A DNA stretch of 64,000 nucleotides from Christensenellales bacterium (lineage in GTDB: Bacteria > Bacillota > Clostridia > Christensenellales > SZUA-584). Both the position numbers and the translations under genes were made by a program. Of the stretch, positions 1 to 10,478 are shown one piece after another. The stretch covers positions 1,451,196 through 1,515,195 of the forward strand of contig JAXGMA010000001.1 in NCBI GenBank assembly GCA_040768905.1. The letters are read 5' to 3'. Position 1 is the stretch's first letter. The number at the start of each line of letters is the position of its first letter. The notes beneath the pieces are model-generated. The model was not told where the DNA came from. It ran no database searches and worked only from the letters and a program-made list of their open reading frames with translations.

Positions 1-425
1 TAAAACGGGAAACGGTAGGTTTCACATTTTAAGGATATGCTGATTATGTTTTCTCTGTCTTCTTCAACCCTGTATGACCATGGCATCAGGGTGACTTCTC
101 CGTGCAGTCCGACTTCTGCGTTTTTATAAATATACGGGCCTCCGCCCGGGAAGCATTCATGCCAACCGCCTTCGTAGTAATCCGGATGTGCGCCAAGCCT
201 TTGAGAACATGACGGGATAAGTTTTGACGTATCTCTGATCCCTCCAGGTGCTTTCCACATAAAATCTATATCCATTGGCTTATAAACCATGTCGACGATA
301 TCAGCACCTTTATCCAAAAGAATGTTGATCTTTAGCAATTCGTTTTCCATTGTGATCATTTTGTTGTTTCTATGTGAGTATTCAATTATACGGCATCCGT
401 AATTTCTGTTTGATGAATAATCCAT
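1..425 (-). CDS. Aldose 1-epimerase/galactose-mutarotase-like (DUF4432-type) protein, runs off the window edge
   Basis: Not in the ORF track. Manual translation from ATG at 425 (GAGG upstream) is open to the edge: MDYSSNRNYGCRIIEY...ENELLKINILLDKGADI...YYEGGWHECFPGGGP...GLHGEVTLMPW. Confidence 0.7.
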   Translation of the reverse strand, partial: MDYSSNRNYGCRIIEYSHRNNKMITMENELLKINILLDKGADIVDMVYKPMDIDFMWKAPGGIRDTSKLIPSCSQRLGAHPDYYEGGWHECFPGGGPYIYKNAEVGLHGEVTLMPWSYRVEEDRENIISISLKCETYRFPF

Positions 426-449
426 ATCGTTTGCCTCAAAATTTTTGAT

Positions 450-489
450 GGATTTAGGCAGATACCATAGAATGTATCTGCCTAAATCC
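450..489. terminator. 16-bp stem-loop after the binding-protein gene (partial terminator or mRNA-stabilising hairpin)
   Basis: ggatttaggcagatac-N8-gtatctgcctaaatcc perfect inverted repeat. Confidence 0.6.
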
Positions 490-515
490 TTTCGCTATGA
501 ACTAAAGCTGCATGA

Positions 516-1562
516 TTACCATGAACTTCTGTCCATAAGCTCCTCGATATAAGTGTCCACATTTGCTTTCGTAACAACTATCGTTCCTGTGTCAATGGAA
601 GACGGATTCGGTTTTGTGCCGTTTGTTTGATAGTCATAAATCCACTGGGCTGCCTGATAACCGCATCTGTAAAAGTTTTGCGTCAGCGTCGCATGCACAA
701 CGCCGTTGCGGATAGCATCCAATGTTTCATCCATATCATCAATGCCGACCACGGTAATTTTACCAACAAGGTTTCTTTCTTCAAGTACTTTAGCCGCAGA
801 AGCCGCTGATTCACCGCTTGAACACACAAAGGCATTTAATTCAGGATATGTAATGATCGCTTTTTCCCATTCCTGCATGCCCGTTGCCATATCGCTGTTC
901 GATGCATTCGTTGCAAGCCATTCAAAACCAGCCGCGTGCTTCTTGAGGCCATCCTTGTAACCGTTAAAGTTCGCAATGTTTTGGGCAGCATCAAGCGCAA
1001 ACATCTGTCCTACAACGTAGATCTTTTCGTCACCCATTTTTTCTGATAGAACTCTGGCACCGGTTTCGCCGAAGTTTTGGGGATCTGTGCCCATAAAACC
1101 AAGCTTGTCAACATTCGGGACGTCGCCAATGACACAAACCACCGGAATGCCCTCATCTGCTGCTCTTTGCAATACAGGTTGCATTGCATCAGGTGCAGCG
1201 CCGTACGTGATGATGCCGTCTGCTTTTGCTGCGATTGCGATTTCGATCTGCTTCACAACCTCGTTGACATCATTGGTGCTAGGGCCAACCCACTGTCCTT
1301 CAAATCCAAGATCCCTGGCAGCATCTTCAAAGCCTTGCTTTGCAACGAGCCAGACAGGATGAGCGATGAGCGGCGGAACATAAACGATCTGCAGCGGTTT
1401 GTCGGGCGCCTTCTCAGCTTCCTTTTCCGGTGTCTTAGGCGCGGCCTCGGATGAGATCACATCTTGCTTTTCAGTTTGCGCCTGTTCAGCGGGCTGTGTA
1501 CATCCTGCGAAAAGCGTGCAAAACATTAAAGCAGCTACTACAATAAACACTATTCTTCTCAT
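516..1562 (-). CDS. Sugar ABC transporter substrate-binding lipoprotein (RbsB/Peripla_BP_4 type)
   Basis: Lipobox LFAGC; AIAAKADGII, VVGIDD, ATLTQNFY motifs; adjacent ATPase and permease. Confidence 0.9.
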   Translation of the reverse strand: MRRIVFIVVAALMFCTLFAGCTQPAEQAQTEKQDVISSEAAPKTPEKEAEKAPDKPLQIVYVPPLIAHPVWLVAKQGFEDAARDLGFEGQWVGPSTNDVNEVVKQIEIAIAAKADGIITYGAAPDAMQPVLQRAADEGIPVVCVIGDVPNVDKLGFMGTDPQNFGETGARVLSEKMGDEKIYVVGQMFALDAAQNIANFNGYKDGLKKHAAGFEWLATNASNSDMATGMQEWEKAIITYPELNAFVCSSGESAASAAKVLEERNLVGKITVVGIDDMDETLDAIRNGVVHATLTQNFYRCGYQAAQWIYDYQTNGTKPNPSSIDTGTIVVTKANVDTYIEELMDRSSW

Positions 1563-1667
1563 ACTCTTTTTCCTTTCAGTTTATAAATAGGATTTTGTTT
1601 ATACTTTTCCTCCTTCCATTTAAACCCAACATCATCACCTTATTTTTCAATACAATACGAATTAATA

Positions 1668-3185
1668 TCATTCATCGAAACCTGATGCAGCCAGAAGAAG
1701 CTTGTGTTGTGTTGCTTCCTCTTTGTACATCTCCATTCTGACGGCTCCCCTTGCCAAAACAACGAATTTGTCGCAAATTTCCAACAGTTCCGGAAGCTCA
1801 GATGATATAACAACTATGCTCAGCCCCTGCGCCGCCAGTTCACCGATAATCTTGTAGATTTCATTTTTTGCGCCGACATCAATGCCTCGGGTGGGCTCAT
1901 CAAGAAACAATATCTTAAGCTTTGACATCAATAATCTCGACAGAATGACTTTTTGCTGATTCCCGCCGCTCAGTGAGCCGATATTGTTGTTCAGATTGGA
2001 CATCATGATGCTCAATGATTTTTTATATTTTTCCGCCAGCATTCTCTCATATTTTTTCTTGAGGATTCCATATCTCGAAATAATCTTTAACACGCAGATC
2101 GTCATGTTCTCCTTGATTGTCATGGCTTGGATCAAGCCGTCTTTTTTTCTATCCTCAGACAAAAGTCCAATACCGTGTCTTAACGCATCGGCCGGTTCAT
2201 TGATGATGCATTCTTTGCCATCAATAAATATCTTGCCGCTCTTTTTTGGCATTGCGCCAAAAATTGCTCTTAATAATTCACTTCTCCCTGAGCCAACGAG
2301 GCCGGCTAATCCAAGAACCTCGCCCTTTTTTAAGGAGAACCCAACGCCTTCAATGATGTTTTTCTTAAGCGAGTATGGATGACCGACCGTAAAGTTATCT
2401 ACTTTAAGGACTTCTTCCTGCAGCGTCTTTTCAACTTTTGGGTACATGGTCTCGATCGTTCTTCCGATCATGTCTTGTACTATTTTTTTTGAATCAAATT
2501 CGTTTTTGTTGTAAACAGATACGTTTTTCCCGTCCCGCAGAATAACGATCCTGTCAGCTATATCGATCACCTCATCAAGTTTATGGGAAATGTATATGCT
2601 TGATATACCCTGTGACTTAAGAGAACGAATCGTTTTCATCAAGTGCTCGGTTTCGGATTCCGTTAAACAGGACGTCGGTTCGTCAAGGATCAGCAGCTTC
2701 GGATTCCTAACGAGCGCTCTTGCTATACATATCAACTGCTGTATGCTTGCGCCAAAATTTCTCACCGGGATTGAAACGTCAATATGCACACCAAGGCTCT
2801 CTAAAATTGACAACGATTCTTTTTTGATCTTTTTCCAGTTGATCGTTCGCAGGCTCGTTTTTGGGAAAATACCCATGAATATATTTTCTGCCGCACTCAA
2901 TTCATTTTGCAGGTTGATCTCCTGGTAGATCATCACCACACCGGTGTCTTCAGCATCACGCGAAGAAGAAAATATTTTTTCTTCACCATTCACGATAATT
3001 TTGCCGGAACATGTATTGTCATATGAATACGACCCGTTTAATACTCTCATCAGTGTGGATTTTCCCGCACCGTTACCACCAAGCAACGCAAGTATTTCGT
3101 TCTTTTTCAAGTCAATGTTGACATTATCAAGCGCATAATAATTTCCGAACCTTTTGCGCATATCTTGCATTTGCAATATGTACAT
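1668..3185 (-). CDS. Sugar ABC transporter ATP-binding protein (RbsA/XylG type, two NBDs)
   Basis: GGNGAGKST Walker A, LILDEPT, LSGGNQQK, DEPTRGIDVGAK. Confidence 0.95.
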   Translation of the reverse strand: MYILQMQDMRKRFGNYYALDNVNIDLKKNEILALLGGNGAGKSTLMRVLNGSYSYDNTCSGKIIVNGEEKIFSSSRDAEDTGVVMIYQEINLQNELSAAENIFMGIFPKTSLRTINWKKIKKESLSILESLGVHIDVSIPVRNFGASIQQLICIARALVRNPKLLILDEPTSCLTESETEHLMKTIRSLKSQGISSIYISHKLDEVIDIADRIVILRDGKNVSVYNKNEFDSKKIVQDMIGRTIETMYPKVEKTLQEEVLKVDNFTVGHPYSLKKNIIEGVGFSLKKGEVLGLAGLVGSGRSELLRAIFGAMPKKSGKIFIDGKECIINEPADALRHGIGLLSEDRKKDGLIQAMTIKENMTICVLKIISRYGILKKKYERMLAEKYKKSLSIMMSNLNNNIGSLSGGNQQKVILSRLLMSKLKILFLDEPTRGIDVGAKNEIYKIIGELAAQGLSIVVISSELPELLEICDKFVVLARGAVRMEMYKEEATQHKLLLAASGFDE

Positions 3186-3206
3186 TCGACATCTCCTTAA
3201 GCGTAT

Positions 3207-4181
3207 TCAGGCGGCTTTTGATTTTTCCCTTTTGTAGCCGTCAATCACGACTGCCATGACGAGAACAAGGCCAATCACCAAATTTTGCCAGTATATGGAT
3301 ATCTTCAAGATCGTCATGGAATTTGCCAGTAAGTTTGTAAACAAAACACCGATCAAGGTGCCTAGGATCGTTCCCGACCCGCCAAACGTGCTGGTTCCTC
3401 CGATAACGACGGCGGCAATGACTGTAAGCTCGAATCCCGTGCCCGCTCCGGCCTGTGCCGACCCAAGCCGGGAGGCCATTAAAACACCCGTCGTGGCAGA
3501 CAACCCGCCGCACATGGCATATATAGCATAATAAATGTTCTTAATTTTTATGCCCGACAATCTCGCTGCCTCCGGATTTCCGCCGACGGCATAGACCGAC
3601 CTTCCAAATGTGGTCTGTGTTAATAAAAGAAATGCAAACCCCGCTATAATAAAGGCCACCCAACACACCATCGGGATGCTCAGGAAGTATCCCTGTTCGA
3701 TCTGTTCAAAGGCTTTGGGCAAAGGATAGACCGGAACGCCCTCTGTCAACACATAAATGATGCCTCTTGCGATGTTTAATGAGCCGAGTGTCATCATCAG
3801 AGGCGCGATCTTAAATTTGAATATGATAAAACCATTAATTAACCCAATCACCACGCCCGTCAGGATGCCCAACAGTATGCACAAAAATATGGGCAAACCA
3901 TTGACCAGTGCGATACCGGTGATCACGCCCCCAAGACCCACAACAGATCCGACCGACAAATCAATGCCTCCGGATATCATGATAAAAGTCATGCCGATTG
4001 CAGTCATCAGCGTGAAGCTTGCCGACCTGAGTATATTGATGATATTACTGCCGGAAAGAAACACAGGATTCAATATTTGCACGATGATAAGCAGTACAAT
4101 CGTTGGAATAATCACACCGCTTTCTTTCAAACTGAGAAATTTCGACAAGATATTTGTCTTTTTATATTCATTAGATTTCAA
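3207..4181 (-). CDS. Sugar ABC transporter permease (RbsC type)
   Basis: GGIDLSVG, GRSVYAVGGNPEAARLSGI, IAAVVIGGTS; TTG start. Confidence 0.93.
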   Translation of the reverse strand: MKSNEYKKTNILSKFLSLKESGVIIPTIVLLIIVQILNPVFLSGSNIINILRSASFTLMTAIGMTFIMISGGIDLSVGSVVGLGGVITGIALVNGLPIFLCILLGILTGVVIGLINGFIIFKFKIAPLMMTLGSLNIARGIIYVLTEGVPVYPLPKAFEQIEQGYFLSIPMVCWVAFIIAGFAFLLLTQTTFGRSVYAVGGNPEAARLSGIKIKNIYYAIYAMCGGLSATTGVLMASRLGSAQAGAGTGFELTVIAAVVIGGTSTFGGSGTILGTLIGVLFTNLLANSMTILKISIYWQNLVIGLVLVMAVVIDGYKREKSKAA

Positions 4182-4466
4182 TCAATGATCATCCCTTCAA
4201 AATTTTTCTTTTGATTACTATAATAATTTTATGCCATATATTTTTCTGAAACAACCGGATAGGCTTTATATTACCCTGTCTATAATTTGGGTTTAAATGA
4301 ATCAATAAATACAAAATGAAGAGTATAACTATGGCTGTTTGTTTGTTTTTTTAAGAAAAAGGGGGCTTAAACTGTCCCGCATGGCCTTGCTTTTTAAGGC
4401 ATGTCAAACCAACGCAAGCCCCATATCCTTCATATACTTTTTTGATTCAAAATTGAGCATTCTGCC

Positions 4467-5513
4467 CTATTTTGTGCCGCCTGTATGTTTCGTTTCAAGT
4501 ACACATACAGGATGTTTGACTCTTTCTTTCATTTTGATGTTTTCAAGACGTTGCTTAACGCGGTCAAAATGCATCACAGTCAATAGTGACGAATCCTGAT
4601 TTGCAACGATAAAGTAATCCCCAAACGGGGTAAAGTCCCTCGGGGCTTTACCGCCTGTATGGCATATATCTAATAGTTCAAGCAGGCACCCTTGCGTAAC
4701 GGCAAACGCTGTCAAACTGTCATTGCCTCTGTTGGATACAAACAGGTATTTCCCATCGTCTGAAAATTTTATGGCTGCCACCCGGTTTTCCTTCGGCACA
4801 TTATCAGGAAGTGAGCTTATTTCTTGTTTGAGGACAAACTTATCTGCCTCAAGATGAAAGACAAATACGCTGGCACTTAACTCAGCCACAACATACAGCC
4901 ACTCACTATGTTGCGGGTGAAAACACAAGTGCCTCGGACCGTTGCCGGCCGGAATATGAATATTGTTTTTTGTCTTAACCAGCTTTTTTTCTTTTTCATT
5001 GACCCTGTAACAAAACACAGTATCTACGCCCAGATCGCAGACGTACAGCATCCCATTTAAGTATTTTGAAAAATGCACATGAGGCCCTTCCTGACGGACT
5101 GGATCAATGCCTTTTCCCTCGTGTTTCATCAAACAGCAGACCTCTTTGGGAATCCCGCCGCTGTCCAGTTCAAACATGGCCAAGCTGCCGCTGGAATAGT
5201 TAGAAACAAATAAGAATCGTTCTTGATCATCTAAAGCCAGGTGGCACGGATCCGCGCCGTAAGACCGCAAAGTGCATTGTTTTTTAAATCCATCCTTATC
5301 GGTGCAAAAAGCTGACATATTGCCTTCTGGAACCAGTTCTTCAACTGCATACAAAGTTCCATTTTTATGCTGCAAAAGATAAGACGGGTTGGGTGTTCCT
5401 ATATGAGAAGCGATCTTTGTTATCTTTTTGTTTTCAAAATCAGCTTTGTATAGGAATATACTTTCTTCTGATGGCTCAGCATAAGTACCAACGTAGAAAA
5501 ACCGTTCTTTCAT
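4467..5513 (-). CDS. Lactonase family beta-propeller (6-phosphogluconolactonase-like)
   Basis: YVGTY, NPSYL, PCHL, SNYSSGS, RQEGPHVH, GPRH, SNRG, PRDF, ANQDS. Confidence 0.9.
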   Translation of the reverse strand: MKERFFYVGTYAEPSEESIFLYKADFENKKITKIASHIGTPNPSYLLQHKNGTLYAVEELVPEGNMSAFCTDKDGFKKQCTLRSYGADPCHLALDDQERFLFVSNYSSGSLAMFELDSGGIPKEVCCLMKHEGKGIDPVRQEGPHVHFSKYLNGMLYVCDLGVDTVFCYRVNEKEKKLVKTKNNIHIPAGNGPRHLCFHPQHSEWLYVVAELSASVFVFHLEADKFVLKQEISSLPDNVPKENRVAAIKFSDDGKYLFVSNRGNDSLTAFAVTQGCLLELLDICHTGGKAPRDFTPFGDYFIVANQDSSLLTVMHFDRVKQRLENIKMKERVKHPVCVLETKHTGGTK

Positions 5514-5543
5514 GACAATATAATTCCTCTCCTAAAAAACTAT

Positions 5544-6431
5544 TTATTTGATCGGTTCAGGACGCCCCCAGCCGCCGGCTGCGAGCCCGCCTTGGCCAGC
5601 AAATCCTTCCGGCATCCCAGGAATAATCAAACCGCCATCGATACGCAGTGTAATGCCTGTAATATACGATGCTTTTTCAGAAGACAGAAAGACCACTGCA
5701 TTTGCGACATCTTCAGGAAGACCGGAACGCCCAAGAGGTATGGCTTCTCCAAGCTCATCCCAAAAGTCTGCGCCTATCGGTTTTGACTTGTCTGCGAATT
5801 CATCTTTCCAGAAATAATCGCTTTTTTCACCATTTTTCATTGCAAAAAGTTCATCTTTTGTACGAATACGGGTTGCGCCAGGAGCCACATTGTTGATTCG
5901 TATGCCATACCCTGATACATCCAGCGCAAAGGCTTTAATGGCATGATTAAGAGCTGCCTTGAGCCCGCAATAGATCCCGCATTCGGGATACGCACGCTCA
6001 CCCCTTGATGAAGTGATATTGATGATATTGCCCTTTATATCATGATCGATCATATACTTTGTAGCGTCACGCATCATGATAATAAAGGATTTGAAATCCA
6101 GGTTTATCAGATGGTCCATGTTTTTTTCTGTAATACCAAAGATGGGCTCACATATGGTCTGCCCCGCATTATTAACAAGCAAATCAAGGCCCCCAAGCGC
6201 CTCAACCGCTTTGCGAAAAAGTTCATGGCCGGCGCCAGGCTTATCTAAGGATGCCTGAAAACAGTAGCCTTGTCTGCCATGATTTTCGCGGATCTTTTTT
6301 ACTACTGCGGATGCATCATCTTCCTTGCTTGCGTAGGAAATAACGATATCATACCCTTCTTCTGCCAACGCCAAGGCAATACCTTTGCCTATTCCTCGGC
6401 TTCCCCCTGTAACCAAAGCTTTCTTGTTCAT
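5544..6431 (-). CDS. SDR family oxidoreductase
   Basis: TGGSRGIG, NNAG, YxxxK (YCGLK), YITGITLRIDGG. Confidence 0.9.
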   Translation of the reverse strand: MNKKALVTGGSRGIGKGIALALAEEGYDIVISYASKEDDASAVVKKIRENHGRQGYCFQASLDKPGAGHELFRKAVEALGGLDLLVNNAGQTICEPIFGITEKNMDHLINLDFKSFIIMMRDATKYMIDHDIKGNIINITSSRGERAYPECGIYCGLKAALNHAIKAFALDVSGYGIRINNVAPGATRIRTKDELFAMKNGEKSDYFWKDEFADKSKPIGADFWDELGEAIPLGRSGLPEDVANAVVFLSSEKASYITGITLRIDGGLIIPGMPEGFAGQGGLAAGGWGRPEPIK

Positions 6432-6785
6432 CGTGAATTGTTCCTCCTAAATTTATGATGATATACATCACCTTAATTATAAATTCAATGACTTGTATTT
6501 TTTATAGGATAAGTTTTGTTTTTCCAGTACTATATTTAGATGTTTGCTGGTTTTATTGTTATTTTGATTTGTTTTAGGATATCGTTCTCAATTACACAGT
6601 TCCCTCAATGCTCATAATACTGCCCAGTCATTAATCCTTTGCCCCCTCTTTTGACCTAAACAAAAAAGTCCCTTTTATAAGGAACCTTTCAGTGGCCGTT
6701 ATTTGTTCTTCAGCCTCTATCTTCTATAATGTTACATATTAATCATTTTGAGTATAATTAATTATCTTAGGAAACCAAATTTATT

Positions 6786-8033
6786 CTACCCCTCCGCTGG
6801 CAGTGTCGAGCCGCCGTACGGCATCACGATGACGCCCGCCTCTTGCCCGTATTTGCTCAGCGCTGCATCCAAAGCCGCCTGAGCGGAGTCAAACGGCGTC
6901 ATGAACATGGACCTGACAAACGCATCGTCCATATCGGACACAAGATAGACATCCGCGCGCTGCTGCACCATACCGATGGCCGCCGCCTTGTGGCCGCCGA
7001 GCTCAAACTTCTGCTGTATTTTCTCTATCATCTCACACGGGCTTTTTGCACTGCACATCCAGCGCTCAAACACTTCCTCGCCAAGCCCCTCGGCGCACGA
7101 AGCCGCGAGTATGACAACGCCCCCGTCCCTGACCGCATGCTTTGCGTTATCAAGCGCCTTTTGCGCCTGATACAGGTTGATATCTTTGGGATAACCTCCT
7201 GCCGACACAAGAACGATATCCGCACGTTGCCTTATCTTCACCTTGTAGAGCGTATCTAGGAATGCACAGCCTTGCCTGTGCGCCTTGATATGGTCACCCG
7301 CCACGGCTTTGATGATACGCTTTTTCTCATCCAGGACAACATTGAGTATAAAGTCGATCTTGATAAAATCCGCCACTTCGTCGATATCCGCACGCACGTT
7401 GTTGCCGTCTATCCGGCCCGCAGCGGAACTCTCCTCCACCATCTTTGAGTGGTTGGCCTGTATGGCAGCCGCGGTGGACACGCCCGGCATGACGGCTTTG
7501 GCGCCGCCCGAATAGCCCGCGAAGTAATGGTACTCGATGTTGCCAAGGCAGATGATCCTGTCCGCGTTCGCCGCCTCTTCAAACACATCCACAGGCGTGC
7601 CGAACGAAGTGGTTCCAAGATGCACGATGCGCTGCTGGTCCGAATCCACGCACCGCACCGTTTCATACACCGTGTCGCCGACGAGCTGCCTTTTCTCTTG
7701 CTCGGTATGCGGCCGGTGGTTGCCCAGTGCAAACACGATCGTGATGTCCGCGCTTTCTGCGCCTGCCTGCTGCAGTTCCTTAAGTATGAGCGGCAGCACC
7801 AGTTTTGACGGCATCGGGCGCGTGATATCCGAAGTGATGATACACACCTTTTCGCCTTTTTTGACGATGTCACGCAGACGCCGGCTGCCGATGGGCTCAT
7901 TCAGTGCGCGCGCGGCCTCTTCCCTGTCCTTGAGTTCTGTCTTAACTTCGTTGGGTAAAAGTATGGCGCGCATGTTGCCGTCCGGTATGGTGACGCTCAT
8001 GCTGTGTTTCCCGAACCCCAGATCTATATCCAT
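6786..8033 (-). CDS. larA: LarA-family nickel-pincer 2-hydroxy-acid racemase/epimerase
   Basis: SDITRP, GNHR, HYFAGYSGGAK, ANH, DINLYQAQK conserved LarA motifs; substrate not assignable. Confidence 0.85.
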   Translation of the reverse strand: MDIDLGFGKHSMSVTIPDGNMRAILLPNEVKTELKDREEAARALNEPIGSRRLRDIVKKGEKVCIITSDITRPMPSKLVLPLILKELQQAGAESADITIVFALGNHRPHTEQEKRQLVGDTVYETVRCVDSDQQRIVHLGTTSFGTPVDVFEEAANADRIICLGNIEYHYFAGYSGGAKAVMPGVSTAAAIQANHSKMVEESSAAGRIDGNNVRADIDEVADFIKIDFILNVVLDEKKRIIKAVAGDHIKAHRQGCAFLDTLYKVKIRQRADIVLVSAGGYPKDINLYQAQKALDNAKHAVRDGGVVILAASCAEGLGEEVFERWMCSAKSPCEMIEKIQQKFELGGHKAAAIGMVQQRADVYLVSDMDDAFVRSMFMTPFDSAQAALDAALSKYGQEAGVIVMPYGGSTLPAEG

Positions 8034-8042
8034 ATCTCTCCC

Positions 8043-9215
8043 TTATATCCTTGCGACGCCGCTTTGCTTTGCGGCTTCGGCCACGGCTTGCGCCACAGCT
8101 TTGCCGACCCGCGGATCAAACGGCGCGGGGATCACGTACTCGGCTTTGAGTTCACTATCGCCGATCAGCGAAGCGATGGCATACGCCGCGGCAATTTTCA
8201 TCTCATCGTTGATATCGGAAGCGCGCACATCCAGCGCACCCCTGAATATCCCCGGAAACGCAAGCACGTTGTTGATCTGATTGGCAAAATCGCTCCTGCC
8301 CGTGCCGATGACGCTTGCGCCGGCTTGCTTGGCAAGCTCCGGCATGATCTCGGGCACCGGGTTCGACATCGCGAATATGATGGGGTCGCTGTTCATGGAT
8401 TCCACCATCTGTTTGGAAAGGATACCCGGCGCGGACACGCCGATAAACACATCGGCGCCTTTGATCACGTCTTCCAGGTTTCCTTTTTTCATCTCTGCGT
8501 TTGAGATCTTTGCCATCTGCTGCTTGAACGGATTAAGGCCGTCTCGCCCTTCATAGATCGCGCCTTTGGAGTCACACAGCAGCACGTTCCTCAGCCCCAT
8601 GCTCATCAGCAGCTTGGTGACAGCCACGCCCGCTGCGCCTGCGCCCGACACGACCGCTTCCTGGTCCTCAAGCTTCCTTCCGGTCAGCTTCATGGCATTG
8701 ATCATGGCGGCCGCCGTCACAACGGCTGTGCCGTGCTGGTCATCATGGAAGATGGGGATGTCGCAGCGTTCTTTGAGTTTCTGTTCGATCTCAAAACAGC
8801 GCGGCGCGGAGATATCCTCTAAGTTGATGCCGCCGAAGCTGCCGGATATCTGGCACACCGTTTCGACGATGCTGTCCACGTCTTTGGACTGGACACACAG
8901 CGGGAACGCGTCCACGTCGCCAAACGCCTTGAACAGCACGCATTTGCCTTCCATCACCGGCATGCCCGCTTCGGGGCCGATGTCCCCGAGCCCCAAGACC
9001 GCCGTCCCGTCGGTGATGACCGCGACCATGTTCCAGCGTCTTGTGAGTTCATAGCTTTTGCTGATATCTTTTTGTATTTCCAGGCACGGCTCGGCCACGC
9101 CGGGCGTATATGCCAGCGACAGATCCTGTTTGTTTTCGACGGGCACTGTCGCGATGACTTCTATCTTGCCTTTCCATTCATAATGCAGCTTTAAGCTCTC
9201 TTTGTTGTAGTCCAA
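8043..9215 (-). CDS. NAD(P)-dependent malic enzyme
   Basis: LAYTPGVAEPC, DGTAVLGLGDIG, INLEDISAPRCF, DDQHGTA, GAGAAG, NNVLAFPGIFRG. Confidence 0.93.
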   Translation of the reverse strand: MDYNKESLKLHYEWKGKIEVIATVPVENKQDLSLAYTPGVAEPCLEIQKDISKSYELTRRWNMVAVITDGTAVLGLGDIGPEAGMPVMEGKCVLFKAFGDVDAFPLCVQSKDVDSIVETVCQISGSFGGINLEDISAPRCFEIEQKLKERCDIPIFHDDQHGTAVVTAAAMINAMKLTGRKLEDQEAVVSGAGAAGVAVTKLLMSMGLRNVLLCDSKGAIYEGRDGLNPFKQQMAKISNAEMKKGNLEDVIKGADVFIGVSAPGILSKQMVESMNSDPIIFAMSNPVPEIMPELAKQAGASVIGTGRSDFANQINNVLAFPGIFRGALDVRASDINDEMKIAAAYAIASLIGDSELKAEYVIPAPFDPRVGKAVAQAVAEAAKQSGVARI

Positions 9216-9220
9216 AACAC

Positions 9221-10477
9221 TTACCTCTCATTACCGAATTTATCTGCCGCAGCTTTGAGCGCGGCCACGGCGGGCAGCTCTTCTCCCGAAAGAAAGCGCA
9301 CCATCGCCCCGCCGCCCGTGCATATATAGCCCATCTTCTCTGCCAGATTGTATTTGTTGGTGGCAGCGATGCTGTCTCCTCCGCCTAATACCGTAAACGC
9401 CTTTGTGTCCGCTAAAGCCTGCCAGACCGCCTTTGTGCCGTGTTCTGTGAGCGGCTGCTCAAAAACGCCCATCGGGCCGTTGACAAACACCGTCTTTGCG
9501 TTTGCGATCTCGCGTGCAAACAGCTGCGCTGTGTCTTCCCCTATATCTGTCAGCTGTGTATCAACCGGCAGGCTGCCGATCAAAACATTGTGCCTTTTTT
9601 CATCGGCATAGGCCATATCGACCGGTGTGATGATCTTGTCTGGAAAGCCGCTGAGCAGCCTTTTTGATTTCTCAATAAACTCCCCGAGGTTGTTTTTCAG
9701 GATATACTCAAGCGAAGCTTTCCCTATATCGACGCCTTTGGCAGCCAGCATCACATTGCCCACCAGTCCGCCTGTGAGCACTTTGTCCGCGATGCCATCT
9801 CCCAGCACCTTGTCCATCATCAAAAACGCATCCTGTATCTTGGCGCCGCCCAAAACGAACACAAGCGGTTTTTGGGGCTTTTCGAGTATCTGCGCAAGCA
9901 CGCTGTACTCATTCTCAAACAGCCTGCCCATTGCCGAAGGCAGCAGCTGCTGAAACGCTGTCAATGTCGGCTGGTCCCGGTGCGCGGCTGCGAATGCGTC
10001 ACAGATGTAAAGATCCGCAAGCGGTGCGAGTTTGCTCACAACCTGTGTTTTGGCCTGCAGCTGCGGTGTCAGCTTGAGTTTTGTCTCAAAAAGCGTCATC
10101 TCTTCGGCCATGAACCGGACGTTATCGAGCAGCAGTATCTCGCCGTCTTTCATCTCTTTTATCTTCTGCTGCGCATACGGCCCGCACACATCCTGCACAT
10201 ACGCGATGTCTTTGCCGGCCAATTCCCGCAAAGCCTGCGCGTGCAGCCCCAAGTGGTAGTAGTTATGGTATTCCACATCGCTGCCCTGATGTGCGAGCAT
10301 CACGAGCTTTGCGCCCTTATCCGCCAGCTCGACCACGGTGGGTATGCAGCCTTTGATGCGCGTCGTGTCTTTGAGCGCCTTTTTTTCTTTATCCACCGGC
10401 TGGTTGATATCCACGCGCAGCAGCACCGTTTTGCCCCGCACATCAAAATCATCGATGGTATTGATCCCGAATTTCAT
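9221..10477 (-). CDS. pgk: Phosphoglycerate kinase, archaeal-like and divergent
   Basis: RVDINQP, DNVRF, DAFAAAHR, LGGAKI, NGPMGVFE, GGGDS, TGGGA. Confidence 0.85.
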   Translation of the reverse strand: MKFGINTIDDFDVRGKTVLLRVDINQPVDKEKKALKDTTRIKGCIPTVVELADKGAKLVMLAHQGSDVEYHNYYHLGLHAQALRELAGKDIAYVQDVCGPYAQQKIKEMKDGEILLLDNVRFMAEEMTLFETKLKLTPQLQAKTQVVSKLAPLADLYICDAFAAAHRDQPTLTAFQQLLPSAMGRLFENEYSVLAQILEKPQKPLVFVLGGAKIQDAFLMMDKVLGDGIADKVLTGGLVGNVMLAAKGVDIGKASLEYILKNNLGEFIEKSKRLLSGFPDKIITPVDMAYADEKRHNVLIGSLPVDTQLTDIGEDTAQLFAREIANAKTVFVNGPMGVFEQPLTEHGTKAVWQALADTKAFTVLGGGDSIAATNKYNLAEKMGYICTGGGAMVRFLSGEELPAVAALKAAADKFGNER

Positions 10478-10478
10478 A

